Source: Callorhinchus milii (lineage: Eukaryota). Taken from it: a stretch of 64,000 nucleotides of DNA. The first letter of the stretch is position 1. Each line of letters begins with the position of its first letter. The notes beneath the pieces were generated by a model. The model had not been told where the DNA came from and made no database searches. It saw only the letters and a list, made by a program, of their open reading frames with translations. The DNA lies in the NCBI RefSeq assembly GCF_018977255.1, contig NW_024704742.1, positions 22,446,001-22,510,000 on the forward strand, in the 5' to 3' direction. The position numbers and the translations under genes were made by a program. Positions 1-13,741 of this stretch are shown here, piece after piece.

Positions 1-1595
1 AAGTGGTAACTGCTTACCTCTCTGCATAAGCAATTGAGGCAAATAGCAAGCCCTGGATACATGAATGTGTGTTCACAAACCGGGCTGGACTCCAGGTAAC
101 ATTTTCCAGCAGCTATTGTCCAAAGCCATAGAGTTTTGGCTCTTTTTCAGAGCTCTTTGAAGGATATCTGCCTTTAATATGGTGGAAGGATCTATCCACA
201 GCAACTTGTGACATGCCAGCCAGTTTGATGTTTTAGAGATCCAAGGCCAATACCATGTACCAGGTTTACTCAACACCAACTACTTAATCCAGACCTTCAT
301 TGGAATCATCTTGACCAAGAAACCTACTTGCTATGAAGACTCTCCCTACACTTCACCTTTTTACCACAAATCTATCAAATCCCTTGGTCCTGGACTTTGC
401 AAATGGACTGAAGGAAACTGTTCCATAACGTGACCAGAAGCTCTGAATCATGAAGGAAGACTGTCTGGACACACATTTCATACACTACAAGATTAACCTG
501 CATTGGGATTTTGCTATCATTTAAAATGTAGTACTGCAAGCTTTTGAGTGAACATGTTTAATAATCTAAATTGATTGGAATGAAGGTTCCTGTGGTATTT
601 TTCCTAAAACTGAATTTTATATCAAATGCTTTTATAGCTTAATACATTTAGCAATACTCTTTTATGATCTCCATTCATTCCTTTGTTAAAAATAGACATC
701 ATTTACAAAGTTGAAAAATGCAGCATGCTTCCTATTCTATAGAGCATCGACAGCTTCTATAGGCTTATCCATAACATAGGCTTGTTATGATCCGTGAGAG
801 GCCAGTCACGGTTCATAAAAACAGGATCAAGGATGAATTTGTTTAATACAAGAACTGTAGACAGATGTTGTATTAGAAGTAAAGTAAGAAAATCCTGTGT
901 TCCTTGAATAAATTGTACTTCGTAACAATAACAATGCCTTTATTGAATAATTTATTTCAATGGGACGTTTTGTTATGTGAGAGCTGAGACTAATTTAGAC
1001 CTATGAATGAATTTGATACATCTTTAAAGTGAAGACTGAAAGTATCATTCTATTGCCTTGCATTTTGTACCAGTCAGATATTGATTCTACAACAGGAAGC
1101 TTCAATTAGATAAATTTGTTTTATTTTGCTCTTCCTGCCGTACTCTGTTGTAATAAAAAGGTGTAGTACTTATGGGAACACACATTCTCCTTACAGAATC
1201 AACAAAAATATAACATTAAAGGATAAAAATGGTTCCTCAATAATCTGGTAGAGGATTCCCCAGAACAGTGACATTGTGTGTAAAGTGAGTTGGAGGCTAA
1301 GAGAGGTGGAGATCTTCTACTAAAACTGTCAGATACAATTATTATTAAAGTGCATTGTGCTGTCTGCTTAAGTACTGTCAGGGTGTTCACAAAGTCCCGT
1401 TAACCCCTTTTTTTTCTTGCAATGAATTGTTATTTTCTGTTACAGATGAGTCGAGTGTAACAATGTCTGATACCAGTAATTTCCCCATCACTCCATCCAT
1501 GTTACGGGAGATGCCACACCAATCATGGCACCGGATCATTATCTGCCATGAAAATGATGGCACTCACACCGATCCTCTGGACCGATCCTCTAAAT

Positions 1596-1965
1596 ACAAC
1601 AACAACTTGCATTTATATAACATACCTCACGCAGGATTAGTGTCTCAGAGCACTTGACAGTGGTGGAGCATGGTGTTAAGCCAGGGGGAGAGGGGAGGTG
1701 ACCGTAGGCACAGTCGAATAGGAAGGTTTTCAGGCTTGACCTAAAGATGGGGAAAGATGGGGCAAGGCAGAAGGATTGAGGGAATGTTCCAGAGTTTTGG
1801 GGCATAGTGGCTGAAACTGCGGACGCTGATGGTGGAACAGAGTGCACGAGGGACAAGCAGGAGGCTGGAGCCAGTTGAATGTAGGGAACGGATAGTGGGT
1901 GTGGGAAATAAGCAGGTCAGAGAAGCAGCGAGATGCTAGGGCATGAGGGATTTAAAGGGTCAGTT
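1596..1965 (-). mobile_element. L2 LINE 3' fragment (type-1 3' end)
   Basis: (AAC)n tail on the plus strand; minus translation includes LAPSFPIFRSSLKTFLFDCAY, matching the L2 ORF2 C-terminus seen in the 51.3-52.9 kb copy. Confidence 0.85.
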
Positions 1966-3999
1966 AAGCACTTGTATTGAATACAATTAAATGCTTCTAA
2001 AAACAATTATCATGATTCTTCCACAAGTTTCAGTTGTTGGTCAGTGCAAAAAAAAATGGGGGTAACAGGACTTTGTGAACTACCTGTACTGTAATGTACT
2101 TCAAAGCAATCAACATCCAAGTGAAGCCATGAGATCCTCAGTCCAGTACATCACTACACTTCAAAATAACGTCACAACATACAATAAGTAATTTAGTTAA
2201 ATAAAGTAGATTCCTTAGCTCAGAATTGAATTATTTTTTCTAGTATCTTTAAAAGTGTTTTTTTTCAGTTGATTAAAAGAGTTAAGCATCTGTTTTTTTA
2301 AAAAAAGATTAAACGAGTTTTAAGCATACAAACACGTACACACTTGGCAGGTGCCTGAGCCAATTCAGCATGCAAATAGCATCTTTGGTTTCCCTGAAGG
2401 GATCTTGTACAGAGAATATATGAATAGGGATCTTCATCAGTACGATGGAACTATCCACAGGGAACGACAAACTAAAATAGTCAACCAAACTGTCACACAA
2501 AAGAAGATGAATCATGTTGGGGGATTATATCAATCGCCCACAACTGTACAACAATATCAACAGCAAGTACAGAAAGAGGGATATGAAAATAACAATGATG
2601 CTAAGTCTACTTTCTTTATCACTTAAAGATGAAGAAAAGTCTAAAGGGACTACTTTCTTTTCAAAGCACTACCCCTATAAAAGCACATTTTCTGTGTCTC
2701 AACAATGTCTCAACGGGCGGGAATGGTACATCAAGTTCAAGGATAATTATTATTATATTTTACCTCGTACAGCCTAGGACTAGAGACGATGGTTCCAGGA
2801 ACAGGGTACAAAAGAGAGCATTCATTGCTACAAATAAACTACATTCTTTCTTCTAAAATGTACTCCCTCTACATTACATTACGCAGTATGTGTGTGTTTA
2901 TGTGGGGAGTGTGCAATTGCCCCACAAACAGCCATAAAATGAAAGATCAATTTTATCTGAAGGATTATGGCCAGCATACCGGGATTATCAGATAACGCCA
3001 TCCGAGCACTATGAGGGAGAATGGAAGAGAGTTGCAGCCAGGCACCTTATCACGTTGTTGAAACGTCTCAAAGCGCTTCACAGAATATGCTGTAAAGTTT
3101 CACACTACAGTGAAGTTGGAAATGGTTCGCGGGCCAGATGAAATCATCCCCAGGGTCGCTGTGTTGCCGGTCGAATCACTCTGTCTTAACCCATTCCTCG
3201 CCTTAATTATTACAGGAATAGTTTAAAAGCTACCTCAAATGTATTTCTTTAAGATTCTAAAATATGAATTATATAAAAATCTTAAATGCATCTACCTTAA
3301 TTACAAAATGTATACTTGCATCAACAATCTGTTAAAGTGGGGCATACCATATTTACTTGAATCCAAGGAGAAAGTAGATTTTAGAGGTTTGGGGTGGGAA
3401 GGAGCTTCCTTCGATCTTGATTCCAAGGTGCTATTTAATGAAATGATCCGCGTCTTAGATTTGAGTAAATACAGTAATCAGACAGGTTGCATCATGCGAG
3501 GCAGGACCAGAGTACCTGTTAAAATAGAAATGAAAGGTGCAACACCTTGCAAAAAAGTGCAAAAAAAATCTCTGCTTGAAAGAAGGAATCAATCCCCTTT
3601 GGAATCCCTGTCACGGTTCATTTGCCCAGCTAGGGCAGATGTGGTTTTTAAAATAACATATTCTGTGAGTGGTTCCCAGAACTTCTCAAAGAAATGAAGG
3701 CACAATCCAAGAGCATAAGTAATCTTCTCCACAAGAGTTACCCCCCCGTCTCATTCTCAGTCACACAGGTGTAGATGGTCGTTCTCTTTTGAAGGAAGGG
3801 AGTCTAATTACAGGATGTGATAACCATGTGCAGACACATGTGAACAGAAGGAATTGCAGGTTTCTTTAAATATGTAATGATTCAATTAAAAGGATTATAG
3901 AAACATCTGTATTTTTTTAATTTAGCATACCCAATTATTTTCTGACTTTTCTCCCCACTGGCAATTTTCTTTTTCTTGCTTTAATTCTTCTCACACCCG

Positions 4000-4131
4000 A
4001 AGACCTTCCTTTTCGACCATGCCTATGGTCACCTCCCTCCTCTCTCCGGCTTGGAGTCACCCTCCGCCACTGTTAAGCGCTCCGAGACACTGCCCTGCAT
4101 GAAGCTCGCTATATAACTGCAAGTTGTTGTT
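4000..4131 (+). mobile_element. L2 LINE 3' tail fragment (type-1)
   Basis: ACCTTCCTTTTCGACCATGCCTATGGTCACC...AAGCGCTCCGAGAC...GTTGTTGTT, similar to 61330-61450. Confidence 0.75.
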
Positions 4132-4569
4132 ACTCCATGGCTCCTAGTCTTGGTCTGACCTCCTCTTACTGCTGTGTTAGTTGCTTTCTAATACACTGCC
4201 CAAGGGCCCACTGTTCAAGTGTGAGCATTGCCAATAAGTGTCAGCAGGCCTCTCAACTGTAGAGGGCATCATAGTTATCTAAGCCTCAACTCTCCCCATC
4301 AATTTATTACACATACACTATCACATCCAGTAGAGGGAAAAGAAGGAGGAACTCTGGTTTTCCCCTCACAGTGGGAAGGAAAGAGCCTATTTAAGATCAG
4401 CAAACAAAATGGATCAGGATTTAAACCAGCACACCCTACCTTGTCAATGCTCTCTATTGATGGTTAAAAGTCACTTGGGCAAGTTCTTGCAGGATGTCTG
4501 GCACCTCGGGATCTGTACTTTGGTAAAAGGAAAAAAGAGTCAATAAAGAGGAGAGGGTGAAAATTGACA

Positions 4570-4680
4570 GCAACTTGCACATGGGGTAAGGTCTCGGAGC
4601 GCTTAACAATGGCAGAGTCTGACTCCGAGCCGGGGAGATGGTGCAGGTGACCATAGGCACCGTCGAAGAGGAAAGTCTTT
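4570..4680 (-). mobile_element. L2 LINE 3' tail fragment (type-1)
   Basis: Reverse complement resembles 4000-4131 and 61330-61450. Confidence 0.7.
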
Positions 4681-4846
4681 GAGTATGAGAAGAATTAAAG
4701 AAGGAAAATTGCAAGAAAAAGAAAATTGCCAGTTGAATACAGAATTGTACATGGCAGGATGTATTAAGGCTTCCCTGTCCACATGACCAAAAGGAACGCC
4801 TAGAGTAAACCAGATCCTCACACTCCCCTAACATGAGAGAGGAGGA

Positions 4847-4955
4847 ATAATAATAATAATACTTGCATTTGATATAGCACCGTATCACATCATTGAGACA
4901 TCTCAAAACATTTCACAGAATATACTGTAAAGTGGATTGATTGTATTTTGCGGGT
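4847..4955 (-). mobile_element. SINE 3' tail fragment
   Basis: (AAT)n + CTTGCATTTGATATAGC...TTCACAGAATATACTGTAAAGTGGATTG, the reverse complement of the shared SINE tail. Confidence 0.75.
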
Positions 4956-5139
4956 GAAGAATGATTGAGTATAGTCTATCTTGGACTATCTGCCAGATGG
5001 AACTGGATATTGTGGAGGTGGTGGGTGGGGTGGGGGGAGGTCACAACCAAACCCTATTCTACACTAAACCGATAAGCATGCACATATACAATGTTCTAAC
5101 AGGGATGTCTGAGAACTTTTCCCCTGTACAGTACACAGC

Positions 5140-5268
5140 AGTCGATGCCAATTGTAGCTCCCTTGGCTGAGACCAGCTAACACAGCATAGGTAGGGGACA
5201 GAGCCTAATACTGGGAAACTGTTTCACTCTAGGCACTTGTTTACCAACCAAGTCACCAAGGGAGCCCA
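5140..5268 (-). mobile_element. Old tRNA-type SINE fragment, possibly LF-SINE-related
   Basis: Minus strand ...GTTAGCTGGTCTCAGCC...TACAATTGGC resembles 13640-13740 and, from memory only, the GGTCTCAG...ACAATTGGC motif of LF-SINE. Confidence 0.35.
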
Positions 5269-5689
5269 GCATTTGTTGTTCAAATAAAATAAAAGCAAAT
5301 CAACAGAAATGACAAACACACAAAGGAAACCTGAAAAGAATGTCAAGGTTGAAGCTAATTCTTTTTAATTGCTTTCTTTTTAAGAGTTCTGATGTAAGAC
5401 TCCCTGTTGAAGAGATCCGTTTGATAATAAGAGGACAGAAGGAGGTGACGCACGTACCTTTCTTCGTCTTGTTTGACTTATCACTGGATTCTATCAGTTG
5501 AGATCAGCTTGTGGCTGATCAAAACTGACAGAGATCAGTAAGCCGAGCTGTCTTTGTTGGGTTTCAGAATTCTTTCTACATTTTTTTTAAAAGCAGAGTT
5601 GCATAGCAAATTTAGAATTTAATTTGCAAATTGGAACTTGCAATTAACGTAGCAACTTCGAGTTTGCGATTAAATTTTAAGGAGCCCAA

Positions 5690-5950
5690 CTGGCTCTACT
5701 GGAAGCTCTCTCCCCTTTGAATAAGAAAATTGCAGGTTGAAGCCTTACATGGGTCCTCTGGAAACATTATCTAAAATGATACTCCGGAGTTGGGGGAGTG
5801 CTGCATTATTGGATGAGATGTTAAATTGAGGGTGCTGTCAGGATGTGCCTGTTCACATAGACATTTAAGATCCTCCCTACTCAAAAAGAGAAGGGGGTTT
5901 ATCTCAGTGTCCTGGCCAACAACCTCCAAACAAAATGTGTTAATTTACTT
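5690..5950 (+). mobile_element. Deu-domain (SacSINE1-like) SINE, degraded
   Basis: GGATGAGATGTTAAATTGAGG...AAGATCC...GTGTCCTGGCCAACAA core shared with 50083-50527. Confidence 0.65.
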
Positions 5951-8136
5951 TGTGGTTGTCTGTTTCTACCATGTAATCCCATGCACACATAACTGCTCTA
6001 TTCAACACATGGTGATGGGCTTGATGGAGGAAGTGCTGGGAACAGATTTTTGGAAATTTCATTGTCAACAACAATTTGCTCTTACACAGCAACCTTTCAC
6101 TCAGATTCACTTGGTATTGGATAACCCTTTAAGTGGCAAGAATAAAATAGTTACCGACTACACCTGAGTTGTGAGAATCATTACACCTGGAAGTGCTTAA
6201 CACTTCTGATAAGGAATGCTGAGCATGGAGAAAAAAAGTATTGAGCTATTCATTGCTTAAGAGCATGCTTGAAACTATATACAGAAAATATATACAGTCA
6301 ATTCACGTTGCAGTGTATTTTGTGAAGTGCTTTGAGATATCTCAATGACGTGATAAGGAGTTATATCAAATACAAGGATTATTATTATTGAAAATAAATG
6401 TTTTTGGAGGATTTTGATGGAGGGGAGGGAGGAAGCAAAGCAAATAGGTCTTGGAAGGGAGTTCTAGACTGTAGTGTCTGAAAGCTCGGCCACCACTGGG
6501 GGAGTCATCATCAACAGGACCAGGGGGGAATAATATCAGAATCTAGGAAGCTTAAGTACACAGGACCTATAGAAATATAACCATTATCTGTACAAATGGC
6601 TCACAGATGTTTAGTGTCGTGGCACACATTCGGGAGGGACACCAAGTCATTTGTTAGAGATGGCCTAGCAATTACCTCTTTAATAACATTCAAAATGCTT
6701 CATTCAAAGTTCCCATGCTATCCATCCAGAGCTTTGAGCAGACCTTGGGGAAGCAAGCCCAATATGGCTTGTATGTGTCATGAGTTGAAATGTTCTTGTA
6801 GTTGGGCTCTGGAGCGATTCATGCTGACCAAGGCCCTGTCTTTACCCGTTTGGTGACTCACGGATGCCAACATCACATCGATTCACTGGCAAACATGCAA
6901 TATACAAACAATGTAGCATCTTTTTATTTCAGTTATAATCCATTTCCTGGGCTTTGGAAACTCTCCAAGGACAGCTAACTGGCAGAATAAAAAAAAATGA
7001 AATTGCCATCCTCACCACACAGTGTGGGAATGATTACATGAGCACAGCTATTGCAAAGTTAATAAACAATGGATGCATGTCAAAATCCATACAATTTGTA
7101 AGGTATTTTTTAACCCTAGATTTGGAGGCAAAGTACAATACTTACATTGGTTCAAAAAGAGCAAGAGTATGAAGTTTGGTTAGTTAACGTTACTTCAAAT
7201 GAAACAACATTATTAAATATTACTATATGGTATCGGTGGGGCTCCTCTGCTGGGAGGGCATGGTATTTGGTTACTCTCAGACCCCTCTTAAAATGTCTGT
7301 CCCCGATGTGTTCGGCCTTACAGACTTCCACTGTATTAGTTTTATTTAACTTTTTTTATTTTAAACTATAATTAAGGAAGAACTATAAATCCAGTGAAGC
7401 ACTTTATGACATTTCAATTAAGTAATAAGGTGTTATCAACTGCAAGGATTATGATCATATTATTTATATTGTATCTTTATGACTTAAAAAATAATAGTAA
7501 GTCAAAATAATTTTGCAGTTTTAAATTTTAAACAGTCTTTTGCAGGACATTTCAGGCTTGTAATTGCTTCCACAAAACTATATAATTGTAAGTGGAAAAG
7601 GATTGTTAAATAATGGGAATATTTCCAGAAAAAGATGATACTTTAGACTGGATTATCCTTTTGATAAAAGCATCACATTGATTCAACACTTTTGATTCAT
7701 GGGCAATGATCACAACTAAATCCTTTTTACTTTCAACAATTCCGAACAATTCATTGAGTTTGCAACTCTTATGTTTCCTAATCCAATACATGTGGTCTTA
7801 TGCTTCCCTACGTTAAAATCAATGTGGCATTCCTTAACCTAGTTTGTCTAGATCACATGGGGAATGTGCTTCAATTGTAAATGAGATCAATATGAGACTT
7901 GCGTGATGTTCTTTATGTTTCAGCTCCGTAACATTCGAGCTCACACCACAGCAGATCTGTGGCAGTAACTGTCCCACTAATTCTGGATTGCATGGTATGA
8001 GTCACTGATTATCTCAGGTCACGTGGCTTTGTGGCCTCAGTGTTGTCAATTCATCTAAAACTGAATATAACTTGAAATGTAGATCTGTTAATAATAGTAA
8101 AATTCTGAATGATTTTGCTCATCCCATGATGTCACC

Positions 8137-8330
8137 CTGGCTCAGTTGGTAACACTATCACCTCTGAGTCAGAAGGTTGTGGGTTCAAGCCCCGCATTAC
8201 AGTCTAGGCTGGGACTTTAGTGCAGTGCCACGGGTACGTTGCATTATTGGAGATGCCATCTCTTTTGCCTGCTCAGGTGGATTTTATGACTATTTGAAAA
8301 GAGAACAGAATTTCTCCTGGTGTGCAATCC
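8137..8330 (+). mobile_element. Deu-domain SINE 5' part
   Basis: TGGCTCAGTTGG (A box) ... CTCTGAGTCAGAAGGTTGTGGGTTCAAGCCC (B box). Confidence 0.7.
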
Positions 8331-10314
8331 AACAATTTCCTAGTTGTGCACATATGTACATATCATGTACACAGATCATCTCTGGGTCAAGAAGGTTGTA
8401 GGTGCAGGCCTGGTACAGGCTGATACTCCAGTGGAGTGCTGGGGGAATGTTACATTGTTAGAGGCATTTAACCTTGATCTTACATGTCTCTAAAGAGAGC
8501 ATTCTACGATTCAAAAAAGATAATAGAGTTTCTCCCAGTATGCTGGTCATTTGCCTCATGGCACTGTGAAAAACGGAGGCCACATTTGCCTACAACAAGC
8601 AGTCGTTACATTGTAATAGTAACTGGCATTTTGACATTATAAAAATCAAGTTCATTCATTCATTGGATGGCAGCACAGTGTGTAGAGGAATTGCCATTGC
8701 AGAGTGGTATCCATGGGGTGTATGAGGACTGGTAAAAGTTTCTGACAGGGTATAAGTCTTGAGATGTTTGTCAAATCGTGTGATGCCTTAAATTATTGTT
8801 AAGAAGCCTTGTATCATTATTATGAGGACTATTGTGACTGTGAGAAAACATCATGGTTATGGCAGGAAGCACAGAGGAGCCTGGAGCAGGAAGGAAAGCT
8901 AATCAACCAGGACTTACTAAAGTAGGACACCTTCATTTTTGTTGATATTAGGAACTGGGTCATGTTTGTCCTGTAGTTTATGTTATCTAGCTCTAAATAT
9001 TGATAAATTCTGATTTTTTTTGAGAATATTTTGGAAAAGTGAGGTTTGGAAAAAATGTAAAAATGTATCTTAATGTTTGTTAAAGTTAAACAAGAAATTG
9101 AAAACATGGTTTGTTCTTTTATAGTGATCTCTGTCAGCCCATGAATAAAGAATGAAATTGAGACCACCTTATATTGACATAATATTAAAGGGTGAGAGTT
9201 ACTTTTAATCACTGGCTAACCAACTCAGTATTGTACAATTTAATATCATGGGTTGTTTACCATTCAACGCTATATTAAATGATGTGATAAAATTACAATA
9301 TTGATGCACAATACAAACCTGCATGGAGTATGTGTTATTCATCTCCTGAATAGTTAGTTATTTGTAGATTTGTAAATGCATCTCACGAACCATATTCTAC
9401 ACTTTCACAAATATGGAAAATACAAGTTATAAGAAAGAACTACACTCTTTTGTTCGGAAAAAATCACATCCCTGGTATTCTAATTTCTACCGACCCAATT
9501 GAAAAGGCAAAAATGACAGAGTATGGGGGCAGTGTCATGTTCAAAAAGAATAAGGATCTCTGTTTTCTTAAATTATTTAGTAGCCCATGTTCAGTAGACT
9601 ACTAGTGACTGCCTGCAGCAGGTGGGACTCCCGCTGTCTTGTGCTCAGAAAGCATCTGCTTGCTATAAGATCCCCAGAGCTTACTGCAGTCATTTGTTCA
9701 TTTTAAGACAGACACTGTCATTACTTTGTGCAGCAAGTTCACAGAAATAGTTCCTATTAAGAGCCCAAATCATCTGAGCAGGAGTAGGCAGGCCACAGGC
9801 TTCATTAATAATGCATCTGGGCTTATCGATAGATTTAGAAAACTGGTATTTAGAAATTGTCTTCACAAGTGTTTTTCACACTGGTTAACTCCATTCTGTC
9901 TGTTCCTTGATGTAGACATTATATCCAGCAGTGCGTTACGAGCCAGAGGTGGTATGAAATGGGCCTAAGCTTCTCCCGTAGGTTCAGAGCCCAGTTTGAC
10001 TGATATAATTATCAATATTCAGTAACCGATGATTTATATGGAGGATAAAACCAGAGCTGAGTGCTTTCATTACTATTTTATGACCACTGTAGCCTTTGCA
10101 AAGCACTGACCAATAGGTATAATTAGATGTAAGTGTACTCATATTTTGTTAAAAGAATTATTGACCATAGTAAATTCTATTATTTATTCACTTTCGCATG
10201 ATTGCTGCTATGCTGAAAATAATTATCACACTGAATTTGTTTTGAAAAGGTACATTTTTCACTCCATTATTTTTCCATTGACAAAATAAATGATCTGCTA
10301 CAGGGTCTACACAA

Positions 10315-10640
10315 TCGAGGCTAACATACAAGTGCAGAACCTGAGGAGTGCTGCATTGTCAGAGGTACTGTACTTCAGATGAGATGTTAAACTGAGGCCC
10401 TATATGCCCCTTCAGGTGGACATTAAAGATCCTGTGACACAAATTGAAAAGAGAAGAGAGAGTCTCCTGGTATCCTGCCCAGCAACAACCCCCCCCAATT
10501 CTCTTTATGGCTATGGGACATTGCCATGTGCAAATTGGTGGTCATGTTTGCCTACAAATACAGTAACTTTTCGGCAGTTCCCTATGAATTGCTACGAAAC
10601 ATTTCAATATGATAGGTTCTATATCAAATGCAAGGATTAT
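10315..10640 (+). mobile_element. Deu-domain SINE, 5'-truncated
   Basis: GATGAGATGTTAAACTGAGGCCC...AAAGATCC core and TATATCAAATGCAAGGATTA tail. Confidence 0.75.
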
Positions 10641-10659
10641 TTTTACGTGAACAAGGCCT

Positions 10660-10731
10660 GTAATCAGCGCCTTGGGACGTCCTCCCGATGTGAAAGGTGC
10701 TATACAAATGTAATCTTGTTGTTGTTGTTGT
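10660..10731 (+). mobile_element. L2 3' stem-loop tail (type-2)
   Basis: CAGCGCCTTGGGACGTCCTCCCGATGTGAAAGGTGC...(TTG)n. Confidence 0.75.
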
Positions 10732-11379
10732 AATGTTGGAGGATGTGCTTTGAGCGTAAAGTAATTATTCCTTACGTCTAACCCAGGTTTGGTTTGTTAA
10801 TTCGCTGTTTCCCACCTGTGAATATGACTTTTGAATGAAAAGCTGCCGTACAACCCTGAGCCGACTGACCTTTCCCAGGAGTGGAGGCATCATCTGATGT
10901 CAATCACAAACAATCTGGGTGATCATGCCAAGCAGAATGAAAATAGCTTCATTCCTGGATGAGGATCAGGGACTGAAAGGTAAATAAGCATGTTCACAGC
11001 TATCTAAAAATAACACTCCAATTACAACACACACAGTGAGATTGTTAGTAAACTTCTTTCCTCACTAAGAGCAAGAAATCTGCAGACTTCGAATAACTTG
11101 GGTTATAATAGACCAGGACCTATTTTGCTTCCTAGTACTTTCAGTCTGATTGAGAAAAGTTAAGCTCCTGAGAATAAACAGACTGTTTTCTAGCTTTGGG
11201 TGTAACGTTGGGTCCTGTTTCTTCTGTTTGATCATAGTGCAAAATGATAATAATAATGCTTACTATATTTGATATAGGGAGGACATCTCAACAACAACAA
11301 CTTGCGTTTATAGTGTCCTTCACCCGGGTAGAATCTTGGAGCGCTTAAACCTTAGCTTTTGACTTTAATCTCAAAGTAC

Positions 11380-11610
11380 TTCACAGGATATACTGTGAAA
11401 TGCAGTGACTGTGTACCTTGTAGGGGAACTTGGCAGCCAATTTGCAAACAGCAAAATCTCACAAAGTGCCATGAAATGAATGACCAATTTTATTTGGGGG
11501 ATTGTGTGGCCAGGATGCCAGGAGAAACTCCCTTCTCCCTTGAAATAGTGCATTTGTTAGTAGCAACCTGAATGAGGAGTTGAGATGAGTTAGTGTTCAG
11601 ATCCATCAGG
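11380..11610 (-). mobile_element. Deu-domain SINE fragment
   Basis: Reverse complement of the shared SINE body (GAATGACCAATT...GGCCAGGA...GGAGAAACTCCC). Confidence 0.6.
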
Positions 11611-13741
11611 TGATTCTGCCACTGTGATGTGAAATGGAATTTAAGAGCTTTTAAAACTCTGTACGTTGCTTCCAAAAATTAATTTGAGGCTTATTGACAA
11701 CATTCATATTCCATGATAATTAACCAAACATTGAAAGAATGGTATAGGCAATTGCACAAAACAAGCACATCACTTAAAATCCACAGTGAGGCACTCTACA
11801 GTAATATTACCCCCAGCGAATTACAGAAGTTCTTACATAACTACCACTTTTTTACCCAGGGGTATTCCAACAGGCGGAGAGCATTTAACAGGTGACTTTC
11901 ATTATCCATGCTCAAAATGAAATGAAAATGCTCATTACTTAAAGGTTACAAAATGAATGAAAGCTAACTGCTGAGTGCTGGTTGCAATTTTTATACAAAT
12001 TCAACTGGACTGCTGTGTGGCTCAGGCCAAATTGGTAAGATAATGAGCCATTACTGTTCTTCACAGACACGTTAGGGAGTGGTGTGCAGCTTCAGAGACT
12101 TGGAACTAGGAGGTGTGTCTTCTACATCGCACCATCACAGACATCACTAAAGGCCTTCATTTAGTCCATCATTAAGGAGCTGATTTTAAATTAGTTGAAT
12201 TGATTCCCATTGCAGGCGATCAGGCTGAAGTGGTTACATCAACATTTAGATTGTTTGTTGCCTGACCTCTCTTAAGACATTTTCTTTAAGACAAGCAATG
12301 CACCAGGTGTACAGACCCCAATTTAGAGTGCAATCTTTTATTCTCGATAGAAGTGCAAGCAGCACTCTGGGAGTCCACACCTTTGCTGCAGGACATTTGG
12401 AAAACTGGCCAAGATCCAAGTGAACATTAGCAGAGCATAAATTATTGTTCAGAGGAGGGAGACTCCACCATTCAACAATTTGCTAAATTCGGGACATACT
12501 AGAATGCAAGGTTGGGTAAATCTTGACCAAGGTGGAAATTTTCCCTCTATAATTTGTTATTGGCCAATGACTTTTGGCTTGTCAATACCATATCCTCAGT
12601 ATTGGAGTATTAGCTTCTGAATTTTGCCATCTTCAGGATTGCTTCCTTCTAGTCCCCAATATAGAAAGGACGCTCTCCCAGAAAGAATCACCTGGCTACC
12701 GCAAACCACAACAGAGTAGGACGACTCCTGAACTATCCTAGACGTAGTCACCAGATTAGTAAGTATGAGGGGCAACAAGACATTTGTAAATATACAATGG
12801 GCTTACAAGACAATGATAAGTATACAAATATTCAATAAGAATAAGTCACTTACAAGTATACAAATGCTTATAAGATACTTGCGAATGAAGAATGAATACA
12901 AAGACAAAGCACTTCAACTACCTGAAATTTGGGTTAACATCACCAAGATTAATGGTGAACGAGTCATTTTGTTTATTGACTCCAGATTTTACAGAATTTA
13001 CAGAACATTTTAACCAAAACATAAGTTCACTTAAGACTGTAATAGTAACAAAAACACATCATTTTTGCGGAGATAGAAAATCCTCCTGACATGAAAGGCA
13101 CAATGCAAATGTAATTTGTTGTTGTTGTCATTGCCTACACATATCAGCAATACTGCACTGAAGCAGAGAAACAGAAAGTAATCAGTCGCTCTAATTTCTA
13201 AAGTAAAATGCTGTGAAGAGCTTTAAGATGTCCTTTTGATGTGAAAGCGCAATATCGAATGCAAGGATCAAAATTGTTATTACATTAATGACTATATTGC
13301 CATTTCATTGCTAAATTAATGTGCAAATTTAAAATTACACGAATTGCACAAACGTGATCAATTGATGGTGGTATTTCTAATGACAAGATCAGATCATAGG
13401 GAATATCAATTTGAACAATTATAACTGTTTGAAATTGTATCAGAATTTGGATTTAGGAATACAATTTTTATTTTGCCTGTCAAAACAGCCTTTAATGAAC
13501 ATCTAGAATTAAATCTGCTTTAATAAAATAGTAGTGACACTCCCCTAGAAAAAAACATCTGGCCACTGCAAGCCATAGCAGAGTGGGATGACTCCTAAAA
13601 TAACTCCTGAATCAATAATGAATCGTTATTAAGAATTAGCGTGCTGCTGTGTTTGCTGGTCTCAGCTGGGGCTGCATGGGGAGGCTAATCTGGCCCTTAC
13701 CATCCCCAGTCTGTGAAGGTTAAAATCACCCAGGACTCTTG

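Noticed and set aside
430..1180. 3'UTR with AATAAA signals (~906, ~1152)
   Set aside because: Plausible by composition, but there is no identifiable upstream coding exon and AATAAA is common in AT-rich DNA
2514..2777. GPCR-like RKRDMKITMML snippet
   Set aside because: Too short, no flanking transmembrane pattern, and the ORF ends in a SINE tail remnant
3239..3697. 152-aa ORF as a gene
   Set aside because: Starts in low-complexity AT-rich DNA, has no recognisable domain and no convincing plus-strand exon boundaries
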